From Myxococcota bacterium (GTDB lineage Bacteria; Myxococcota_A; UBA9042; GCA-2863065), in NCBI GenBank assembly GCA_047639255.1, contig JBLINL010000001.1, positions 1-30,281 of the forward strand: a stretch of DNA of 30,281 nt. Reading direction: 5' to 3'. Position 1 is the first letter of the stretch; each line of letters begins with the position of its first letter. Below are positions 17,101 through 29,100 of this stretch, piece by piece. The notes below the pieces were generated by a model. The model was given only the letters and a program-made list of their open reading frames with translations. It searched no databases and was not told the DNA's origin. A program made the translations under genes and the position numbers.

Positions 17101-20100
17101 GAACACGACGTGTGGCGGTTCGCCAGCGGGCCCATTTGCACACTCCAGTGGCGTCAACGGCACTTTACTGAGGCAAACGCCGACCATCACAGAGGTCGTC
17201 CCTGCCACCTCGGCCAGCATCACCAACTGTGGCTCCGGCATGCCATCCAAGCCATTGAGGGTAAGCGTGATGCCGGTCGGCTCGCCATCGCTCGTTGTGG
17301 TGATCGTCCCGGCCGGCCAGGGCGGGTCCGCGTCGGGCGTGGTCCTCCACCCCTGCCAGCCGTTGTCAAAGGTGTAGGCGAACTCGCACGGCTGGCAATA
17401 GGCGCCCACCGTCAACTGGGGATCCGCATCATTGCAGTCGGGTTGCGCCCCAAACCCGGCTGGCAGCTGAAGGCCAACGCTCCCGGTCTTGCCGGCAAAC
17501 CCGTCACCGTCCAGGTCCCAGAACTGATCGCAACCCGCCGCGGCACCGTCAAAGCCGGCCACGTTGAGGATGGGGGAAAGCTCCGTGTGGTCGTCGATCG
17601 CCGCGACCAGTTCTTCCAGGCTGTACTTAGCGTTCTCTGCTGTATCGTTGTCCCCGTCCGTGGTCCACCACACGCGCTCCAGGAGCACTTCCGACGAGGC
17701 GGGTACCTGAAACGCCACCGTCAGGGGCTGGGTGTCATCCACGAAGTCATCCAAGCCAGCCAGGCTCAGGGACCCGGTTCCGTCAGCCGTCTTGAGCAGA
17801 ATCTGGGGCGCCAGTGTTTCCTTCGCGCCCACCTCGGCTGCGACGCTCAGCGCATCCCCGTCCGCGCCCGGGTTGACCACCTGGAACTCAAACTCCAAGA
17901 CGGGCTCGCCATCGTGAGCCAGGCTCGCAGCCAGATCAAACTGCGCCTCGTACTCGCCCAGCGTCCACTCCGCCGGGTCGGGCGCGGTAGCCGCGCTCTC
18001 GACCGCACCGCATGGATAGGTCCCGATCACGCGACTGGAACTGGGAAATAGCTCGGCGTTTCCGCCTGACCACGTGAGGCTGGCCACCAACCTGGCGTGG
18101 GAGCGAGCGGTGGTGGTGCCAGCAATGGCGACAGCGAACGCCACCGAACCGGAATTCGAGACCTGGATGCTGCACTCCGGAGCCGAGGCACACCCCGCCA
18201 GCTCGCCGGCGGCCACGATCGATATGTCAAGCGGCTCCTGGCTGCCATCGACCGACTCCAACGCCAACGTCAACGTAGCGTTGTCCAGCGTGTCAAAGCC
18301 GAACAGGTCGTAGGCGACGGAGCCGGGAACATAGCTTCCGGGCAGCCGACTGATGAGCGCGCCACGGGAGGTGGTATCCGATAGCGCTATGCTGACTACG
18401 GGCACCACCGGATCGATCTCTATAGACACCTGGCCAGGCGTGTGCGGGGTGCCGGGATCGTCACTGGACGCTGCGTAGATCGACAATTCAAACGTCCCTG
18501 AAGCCAGCTCAAGTGGCAGCGCGATGTCCAGGGTCGTCGCCTCCGGATCCACCGCACCCGCAGAATCACCGGCCAGGGAACCGGAGAACCATGACAGGTC
18601 ATCGCCCTGGCATGGCGAGGTATGGCCGGGTGGCGGCGTGCTCTCCTGGCCCCACGACAAGCAGGTGGTGTCGCAGCCTACGGTCCCCCCGACTGCGACC
18701 AAAGAGGCACACAACCAGACGTTGTCGATACTCAGGTTCCCATCGTTCCGAATCGTGACCTGCTGGGTCCGGGTTTGGCCGCGCTTGGCTCCCGTGCCCT
18801 CTGCGTTGAGCGCGTCCGCGCCGGCGGTGACGGTCAGGATCGGTTGCGCCCCCTGGACCGTTCCGATTGGAGCATGACAGTTCGCTGCAGATGGACCACC
18901 GTGACCGCAGAGGCAGTCGTCCGCCACGGTATTCCCGCACGCCGAGCTGGTCGCATATCCCCGGCATACAATCTCCGCGGCCGACACGCCCACCGCGATG
19001 GATGGCAGTGGATCCAGGAGTATGAGTGGCAACGTCACCACCGCGGACTCGCCGGGGGCCACCGCCGGCGCCGTTTTTCGAAAGGCTCCGTCTTGGTCCT
19101 GAGTCCACCCGTTGAGAGGCCCATTCTCGGGGTCTAGAGCCGCCAACGGAACGAAGCCCTCGACCGGGGGACCAAATCCCGCGTTGGCAACCACTGTGTA
19201 GGTGGTTTCCTCGTCGGGCTGCGTTGTGGTCGAAGCCGAGCCGCTATTGGTCACGAGGAATTCGCAGTCGAATAAGCTTCCGGGTTCGATGCCGACGAGC
19301 GGGGGCGCCTGGGCCGCCAAAGCCACCTTCGGCGCCGTATTGATTGCGCCCGTCCAGTCGGCGAACTGCTGCGTGCCCAATGAATGCTGGACCACAACCT
19401 GGCTGCTCTCAGGCTGTGCGTCGACCAGCACACTGACGGTGACCGAAGCTTCTGTCTTGCCAGCACTGAGTTCGGGCACGACCAAAGTACAGATGTCGGA
19501 ACTTGAATTGCATACCCAATCCACGTCGTTGATGATCGCGTTGGTCAGACTCAACTGAATCCTGTCGGATGCGGGCGCCTGGTCTCCCAGGTTCTGCAGC
19601 GTGAAAGCGTAGACAAACAGTTCGCCCGCCAATACTTCCGACCCTTGTGGCGTCGTGGGCGCCAGCGTGACCTGATCCGCGCCCGTTATGGGAATGGCGC
19701 AGCCCTGACAGTCGGCGTCTGGCACCGGCGTACCGTTCACCTGCACCGTGACCTTCATCGTCCCGCCGTCGGGCGTCGGGATGAAGGCATCAGCCGTAGC
19801 GCGAAACGACACGGTCTGACTCGCGACGCCTTCTACCTGGACCGAATCCGTACAGCTTGAAGTCGCGTCCGAGCACTCCATCGTGGTGTTGCCCTCGGGC
19901 AATCCGAGTAGTCCACCACCCGCCCCCAGAACCTGCAACGAGACCGGCGCAGCGGCAACCCCCTGGTCTCCGGTATTGCTGATCACCAGCTCCCACGTGA
20001 CCGTGGCGTCCGGCGTCGTAGCCACCTCGCTCGGCGTGGCGACCACGGTAAAGGGGCCAATCCCACCCCCGAGGGCCTGCTCAAACTGTTGGGACAGTAG

Positions 20101-23100
20101 GGTCGCATTGTCCTGATCCAGCGCCTTGACCAGGCCCGTGATCTGGCCCCCACCCTCGGCGGCGAAAGTATCCGTCAGCGCGTAGGCAAGGTCGTAGTGC
20201 AATACCTCTTGCTTTTCCATGGTGCCGTCGACCCCAAGGTCTATCAGCCGCCCGTCGCACTCAAACGACCCGGGCGTGGCTTGCACCATGGTCCCGCCCG
20301 TCTCGTTGTCGTTGCTCTGCAGTGTGACGGTCACCCCCCCGTTCTTCACGTCGTGTGCCGGGGTACAGATCAGCAGCTGGACGCCGTTGACCGTAAACGT
20401 CGCCTCGTTGGTGACCGTGAGGGTGCGTTCGTAGGTTGTGGACGCAGGCGGAGCCGCTTGGTCGTAGGGCTCAAAATCCAGCTTCAGGGTCGCCGCCGCA
20501 TTGACTCCTACGGTCACAACGACCGACTCGTTGGCCGCGTGCCCCTGGTCGTCTTCAAGCGTAAATGTCACTTGTAGTTGGTTGGTTCCGCCCGGCAGCG
20601 ACTCCTTGAGAACAAGGGCAAAGCCTTCATCCAGGTAGACCTCGCTCGGGAACAACCGAGACAGCGTTCTCTTGACCGTATTGGGCTGGCCGGGATCCGT
20701 CACCCAGTCCGTGGCGAACTCGGGTGCGACATCAGCAAGAGTCTCGTCGAATGTGGCCCGCAGCGTCAGCCGGTCACTCTGCTTGGCATGCTCAGCGGGC
20801 GACCCCGCCTTGTAATTGCGATACTCCAGAATGTATTGAACCGACCCACCGGGAGGATAATTCTCAAACTGCACTCCGGTCTCTCGGAAGAAGAGTGCGG
20901 GGGTCGCGTCGAAATCGAGCACCCGCTCGTCGGACGAAAACGTAAGATTGTCGTCGAAGGCGGTGATGACGACAGTGGCATTGTCCGCGTCGTAGACCAA
21001 CGGAGAGAGCACTTCAAGCGTCGTCGTCACGTTGGGCGTTACGCTCTGGCCCGGCGCGATCGTGTCGCTCAGCGCAAGGGTGCAGACGTCGCCGGCATCG
21101 ACTCCGTCTGGGCATTGCCACCCCTCCTCTACACCCACATAGCGCGTGTAACTCGGAACGGTCAGCGTGAACGTCGGCTGAGCAGCCTGCTTCGCCGACG
21201 CGTCGTTGGTGACAGTCCAGGCCAGCGTCACGTTGTCGGCCGGCTGGAGCTCGATGGTGGCGTTGTCGGTTGTCCCCGGATAAGACACTACGACCTCAGG
21301 TGACGCAGTGATACCGATCGGGGCGGCCAGCTCCGCCTCAGCTTCAACGCTGGATAACACCAGGAACTGCACGGATGGGTCCAGACTCTCAACGCCAACA
21401 CCGACCGGATCCGTCACCCTGACAATGAGCGACAGGGTGACGGCAGGCTCGTCTGCGGTTGCAATTATCGTTTCCGACTCAAAGACACCAGCCGAGCCGG
21501 TCCAGCTGCTCTGCCCCTCGACCAGGGTTACGACATCAGACCCGAACGCGACCTCGACCTTTCCGGTAATGGAACCGTCGCCCTTGTTTTCGGTTTCGAT
21601 CGAAAGGGTCACAGTGCCACCGGGCACCACAGTGGTTTGTCCAGTCACCACAGACAGTTTCAGAGAGGTGGAAGTGGACGTATCAATGACGCTGCACCCA
21701 GCATCACACGGGTACGGGTCAGGGCCCACTGTCGGCTTGGTCTCGCCTATGACCGCGTAGGCGATGATCTCCGTCGTCTCGGGCAACAGCGAGTCGGACA
21801 CCTGTGCGGGCAAGGTAGCGGTTGCAAGGTCTACGGCGGGACCTCCGACCGGGCCAAGTGTCGTCTCGCATACCACATTCGGGGTGCCGCTATCGCACGA
21901 CCAATCGGTGGTCGGAAGGGCCGTCACGTCGGCCGGGACGATCAGCCAGAGTTTGTCGCCTACCGACGCCTGGGTACCCGTATTCTCAACGGTTATAGTA
22001 TAGCTCAGCGCCACGCCCTGACTCACGGACGAGCTCGGATCGGACAACGCCGACTTGATTCTCAATTCGGGTGCCCCCGCCAGGGGAACCATCATCGATG
22101 CGGCGATGTTGTCCGCGGGGTTGGCATCTTCGCCGTCGTTGTCCGAATGAGTGACGGACCCCGTGAACGTGGCTGTCACCGATGTCTCGCCGGCCGAGGG
22201 AAGAGGCAACGTGTCGACGACCTTCAGCCGCAGCTTCTTCACTGGCGAGCCGAGGTCGACCACTATAGAGCATGTGCTCTCTCCTCCGGGGCACACCCAC
22301 TCTGTTTCGACAGGCTCATCCACCTCGGTATGCTGGGGGATGTCGATTGTCACGGTGACCGTCCCCGGCCGCTGAGTCTGCCCATCAGCCTGCGCGACCG
22401 TCACTTCCAGGTCAAGGGCGCTCTTAGGCTCAATGACAGTGCCCGTAGTCCACTCCAGTGCGGGCACTGTATTTTCGGGTCCGTACAACAGTCTCGACGT
22501 CATCGACAAGTCCGGCGACGCGTCCAAGACGACCGATGCGTTGTCGGTGTGGTCGGGAGGCTCGGTCGTCGATACGCCGTCCCAGAGTTGCGCGCTGCTC
22601 GTCACAACTTCCGTACCGGCGAGAATCGGGTTGGTCACAGTAGTTTGCAACAGCAGATCCTGGGACGCCTGGGCGTTGAGGCTGACGGTGCGCTCGTAGA
22701 GTTTGGGCTCGGCGCTGCCTGAGACCAGACTCCACACCTGACCGCCGGGCACACTGAGCACTGACTCATCCACGCCGACGCGAACGGTCGCCGTGGCGTC
22801 TTGATTGCCGGCATTGGAGACGCTGGCGGTCCAGGTCACACTATCCCCTGCTTGAGCCGGATCTGGCGTAGCGATGTAGACGACTTGCAGCTGTGGAGAA
22901 GCGGTCAACACCACCGACTTGGTAGCTTCGAACGGCTGACTGTCGACAGTGAACGAAGCGGTGGTCGCGATCGTTTCAGCCCCTTTCGTAACGGAGCTCT
23001 TGATGGCCAGGGGAAGTACCATCTCCGTCGCCACTCCCGGAAGAAAGTCGCGTGGGTCGGAATCGCACTTGGTGCCGTTGCACCCGGACCAATCGATCGC

Positions 23101-26100
23101 CGCCAGCACGCTTGACTTGAACACCGCGTTGGGGTCGATGGTAGCCGAAACAGACACGGCGGACGCGGCAATTGGCCCCGTGTTGGTCACGGTCAGCTTG
23201 AATCCAAGTGTGTCTCCTGGCTCTACCGGGTCCGTTTCGCTGGTTATGACGAAATTGTAGCTCGGTGTCGGAGCCGTGATGTAGGCCTCGGCCACGTTGC
23301 TGTTGTTGGTCTCATTCAGCTCCACCTGGGTCGTACTGACGGCTGCGGTCACGGTCACCTTTTCGAAGTCCGCCGGCAGGGGGGGCACGTCGAGCTTGAG
23401 GGCATCCAGTACGGTGTTGTTTGACGACGGAGCGGCCGGGTCTTCCTGGGGAATATCCGGCAGTGAAATAGTGCATTCGTTTTTCTTGCCAGAGCAGCTG
23501 GCCCAATCACCGATCACGGTAGCAAAGGAGAACGATTTGCCGTTGGACAGAACGCCAGGAATGGTGACCGTGAGCTCCACGTCGTCTGTGGCTGCAGCCT
23601 GCCCTTTGTTGTCCAGGGTGATGTTCCAGGCGCTCTCGGCCACCGGATGCGCGAATCCTATTGGGGCGACGGGGTCGCCCGAAAGTTCGGAAACCACGAG
23701 GTCGGGCGCCTGCCCGGTCGATATCTCCTCTGAACTCGAGTTGTTGGTAGAGTCGAGATCTGGTGCGTCGGTGAGAGCAGAGGAGATGGTCGCGGCCAGC
23801 GTAATGCCACTCTCATTGTTCAAGTCCGCATCGGTGACAACGCTGACGATGCTGTTGCCGGCCTGTCCGGGAGAAAGCGTTCCGAGATTCAGTTGGCACT
23901 TCGAACCGGCAGAGAACACGCCCGCCGTGCTGTAGTCTGTCTCCGACACGCAGCCGCTGAGGCAGCTTGCCTCCGAATCGCAGTCGCAGCAGCTCCACAG
24001 GTTGGACGAGATATCGAATGTCGTGGCTGAGGGCACCTTCAGGTCGATGATCGCGGTCACCGCGTCCTCATTGCCGAAGTTTGTATAGTCGATGAGCCAG
24101 TTGAGCGTCTGCCCCGGCTGGGCTGAGCCGAGCGGCTTGGTGATCGCCACCGACAAGTCAGGACCAGGCTGAATATTGAGGTCCACAAATTTAACGTTGT
24201 TGCCTGAGTTCAGCTCAGCCTCGCCGTTGAGGCTTGTCCCGGTAACGCGCCCGGTCACACGAATCGAAGTCGCGGAGGACGCGAGCTGCCCCTCTACGAT
24301 CTTCAGCGCCACGACCTTTTGGGTAGGGGAACCCGTAGTTGGCACCAAATTCAACGCGAGGGTGCATATCGTCTCTGCGGCGAGGGCCACTGGGGGATTG
24401 CCGACGTCGCAGTTCCCAATCGAGTTCTCCAACACGGCCACGCCCCGGGGCAGAGTGACTTCAAGGGTGGCGTTGTCCATATTGTTACAACCCTTGTTCT
24501 CGTACGTGAAGGTCACGGTGAACGGGTCTTCCATGACGACCGTCTGACTCCCGTCATCCTCTGTCGTCGCGTCACTCAAGGCGCTCAGCTCAAGGTCGCC
24601 ACCGGCCGCAAGGTCGATGACTGCCGCCTTCACGTTCTGCGCCGTCTGATTCCCGTCGTTGACCTGGTCGTCAACCCTGGCGCTATAGGTGGCCGTAGCA
24701 TCACAGCCCGGAATCGGATCTTTGACTCGAAGCGCAAAGTCGATCCCATCACTGGTCTGGTTGTCTGCCGCCACGCTCTGGACCACCGCGAAGTGACACT
24801 TGTTGCCCGCGCACTGCCACCCATCCGAGCTATTGGTCGGGTCAAACGTCGCGTTGCCCAGCGGGTCTAGAGTCTGCGTAACGACCAGTCCGGTAGCCGG
24901 TGCCGTCCCTGAGTTCCGGTATTTGACAGTCGTCTGGATCAACTCGCCGGGCCCTGGCTTCACCGTCGGCAGGCCGTCCACCTGGATGACCAGATCCGGG
25001 CCACAGCCCGGACCACTGTTGGTCGGGATGTAGATGCAGCCCTGTGACGCGTCACAGACGTTCACCGTGCAGGGATCGGTCTCCAACTCCGAGCACTTAG
25101 TGGCATCGCTGATGCATGCAAAGACGCACTGAGTCCCTGGCTCCGATCCCACGGCGTCGACATATCCCCCATTGGTGCCATTGCCAACGGCGTTGCAGGC
25201 GCAGGAGAACCCCGGTTCAGAGTTTGCACAGTTGGCGTTGGCATGACAGTTGTTGCCCCCGCCAGCCCCGCACTCGTCGACGTCCACACATATGTTGGCT
25301 GTGCAGACGAACCCGGCTTGGCAGTCAGCCACGTCGTCACAGTCGCCATCCTTACCAGACACAGCCTTGCAGAGTTCATCGATGCAGGTGCCCTTGCAGT
25401 TGACGTCCTTATCGGACGAGGTGCCTCCCACGCACGCCGCACCGACCGCCACGCGACATACCCCGCCGTCACAGGTGCGGGACGCTCCGCAGTCGGCGTC
25501 GTCCTCAATGTCGCACACATTGCCCAGACCGACCGACGACGTGCAGAAGCCGCCGACGCAGGTGCCTATGCAGCTTGTGTTCTTCTCAGCGTCGCCAACC
25601 CCCTGACAGCTTAAGCCGTTGTCGAAGCCGCATTGCGCTGCGCCCGTCGAACCCACCGTACAAACCGTATTGGTGTCGGCGCAGTCATCGGCCGCCTGAT
25701 TTACGTCGCAGGGCTGTCCGAACGGTGCGGGTAGAGCGCACTCCGAAGCGATGCAGGTATTGATGCAGTCGGTGTTGGCGTCACAGCCGGCACCATCGTC
25801 ACGAATGCAGACACCGCTCGGACAGGAGATATCCGCCTGCGATGCACAGTCGGCCACGTCATCGCAGGGACCAGAGTCAAGAGACTTGGAAGCGCACGTT
25901 ACGCCGATGCACTGCGCTTCACACTGAGAATCCAGGGTGCAACTTTGTCCGTTCTGGCGCAGACATTCTGCAGGTGCGCCCACGCAGGAATGGTTGGCTT
26001 CGCAGTCGTCGTCATCGTCTGGGGCCGCGCTAGAATCGCACTCCCCGTTGGTCCCACTCAGCGCGGTACAGGCCCCACCCCGGCAGGTGAAAACACACTC

Positions 26101-29100
26101 GGAATTCATGGTGCAGGAACCGCCGCTCTTCTTGCACTTTGCTTCGATGCACAGGTTGCTCGTTTCGCAGTCGTCATCGTCCGCCACGTCGCAATCCTGG
26201 TTGGTAGTGGCCTTGGCAGAGCACTTGTCGCCAATGCATGCGCCTCCGCTACACTCGGCATTATCGTCGCAATCCTCGCCGTTGGCTTTGAGGCACTGCT
26301 TTACTTCCGGCAGGCACGTGGGCGCGCCGGCGCAATCACAGATGTGTTGGGCCACGCAGTCACTCGTCTCGTCACAGATCTCGTTGGTACCGCCGAGCGA
26401 CGCGCAGACCGAATGGATGCAGGTGTTGACGCATTCATCGTTGGTGTCGCAGGCACCGGCATCATCCAGCAAGCATTGCGGACCGCTGTCGACGACCGTG
26501 CACGTATGTCCATCAGCGCAGTCGCTGGTATCGGGAACGGTTTCGTTGTCGCACAGTTGCCCAGTCTCCGACTTAGCAGCACATTGACTACCGATACAGG
26601 TATTGGTGCAATCTGTATTGCCCGAGCAGGATTCGCCATTCTTGGACTTGCACGTCCCGGCGCTGCATTCAAGGGTGCTATCGGCGCAGTCGTCATCGTC
26701 GTCAGCATCGCATTGGGAGTCGAGAGCCGAAGCCTGGCCGCACAATTCTCCGATGCAGACGTTAGCGCACTGATCGTTTGCGCTACACGACTCATCGTCC
26801 TTCAGTAGACACGTTTTTTGTGGACCAGCGGAACACGTATGCACGCTGGTGCAGTCCTCGTCCTGGTCACAGGAAGCGAGGGTTCCGGATTGGGCAACGC
26901 AGAAGGACCCAATGCATACGTTGAGGCACTGGGCATTATCATTACAGGCCAGTCCATCGTTCCGCTTACATGTGTTGCTCAGCGAAGCGCAGGTGTAATC
27001 GTCGATGCAGTGTGCGTCGACCCCGGCATCGCAGGCACCATCGAGTCCCGCGCGTGGCGCACAATTCCCGCCAATGCACACGGCGACGCATTCGTTGTCA
27101 CCCTGTGGACAGTCCTCCTCGTCTACCTTGCGGCACTGACCGGCTTGGCAGGCCTGGTTGACGGGACAGTCCAGGGTATCGTCGCAAGTCCCCAAGAGGA
27201 CGGGACTGGTCACGCATGTGTTGGCCACGCACGTTTCGACACAGCTGTTATTCTTGTCCGCCGCTAAGACGCCCTGACACGTATTTCCGAGCGGAAAGCC
27301 ACAGGTCCCACCCGTCCCACATACCACACCGGCGCCAGAACCGGAGCAGTCAGCATCAGCGTCGCAGGGCTGACCAAAGCTCGAGAACGGACCGCAGAAG
27401 GAGTTGATACAGGTGTTCTGGCAGTCCGTGTCATCATTGCATGCCAACGTGTCCTTGTACCGACACGCCCCAGTCGCGCAGACCGTGTTGAGTGAATCGG
27501 CGCAGTCAGTGTCATCTGCGCAAAAGTCACCGACTCCGGACCCACTACCGCACTTGTCCGCGACGCATTGATTGGTATTGCACTGGCTGTCGCTCTCGCA
27601 GACCTGACCGTCGTTCCTGAGGCACTCCCCTCCGGTGCAGGTATGCACGCTGAGGCAGTCATCGTCGAGGTCGCAGTTGGCGTTCGTATCAGACAGCGGC
27701 GCACATGATGAGTTGATGCAAGTCGCGGCACATTCGGGGTTGCCGGTGCAACCTTCCCCATCGTTCTTGAGACAGGTGGACCCGACACACGACAGCGTGG
27801 GAAGGGCACAGTCAGAATCCTCGTCACAAACGCCATTAAAACCCGACAAGGGCCCGCACGTCAGGGTGCCGTCGGGCGGTTGGTTCGGGAGGCAAGCGCT
27901 GGACTCGCACTGGGCGTTGGAGGTGCAACTCTGCGCATTAACCAGCAGGCATTTCTCTGACACGCAGTTGTGACCGGCCTGACAATCTGTCGTTACGTTG
28001 CAGCCACCGAGTGTGCCCGAATCACCTCCGCACTGGCCGGCCAGGCATTGATTCTGGCATTGGTCATTTCCTGTACAGGCTTGACCATCAACCAGGCCGC
28101 AGGTATTGGCCGTGCAATTGTGGTCGACTTCGCAATCCGCGATCTCGTCACACGAACCCTGGGTGCCCGAGATGTTGCTGCAAGTACCGACGGTCGCGCC
28201 GCTCGGTACGACACACACGTTGAGGCACTGCGAATTATCGCTACACGCCAACCCGTTGTCGCGGAAACACTGACCAGCCGAGCACGTGTGACCGCCAACG
28301 CAATCAGCGTCCTCGTCGCAGGCCCCGAATGTCGGTGAGTGGATCGCGCACTCGGCAATGAGGCACACGTCAAAGATGCATTGGTCATTGCCGGTGCAGG
28401 CCTGGCCGTTGTTCTTAAGGCAGGTATCGGACGCAGAACAGGAATGGGTGTCCACGCAGTCTCCGGAATCACCCGCGTCGCAACTCTGTGTCGTGGTGGC
28501 GCGCGCAGCGCACGAGGAGTTGATGCAGCTGTTGACGCCCGGACCGCTACACTCCGTGTTGGCCACACAGGCATTGCCGACAGAAACAAGACAAACGTCG
28601 CCCTCGCAGATGTGCCCCAACATACAGATCGGGTCGATGTCACAGGCCCCACCGGAAGAGACGCGACAGGAGCCCCCATCGCAGGTGTAGCCCGCGATGC
28701 AGTCGCCGATGTCGCAGGCAAACCCGGCGACGAGCTTCGGGGCGCATTCGGTGCCAATGCACGTATTGGACTCCGGGTCAGCACAGTCCGTGTTGACGCC
28801 ACAGGTCCCTCCCAGCGACGCCCTGCACACGGTCGCCTCACATTCGAAGCCGGGGGAGCAGTCCGCCGAGTCTTCGCAACCCTGGTCCTGCCCTGTCTTC
28901 GGCACACAAACCGATAGGACGCACGTGTTGGTACAGTCCGAATCGGCCGAGCACCCCTGAGCGTCCGGCAGGCCACACGTCTGCCCGAAGCACTCCGAGT
29001 CCGTAACACTGCAGTCTTCAAGCTGGTCGCATGCTTCGCCGGCGCCCGACAGCCCCGCGCACGCGTCGATGATGCAGCGACCGCTAAAGCAATCGCCGTT

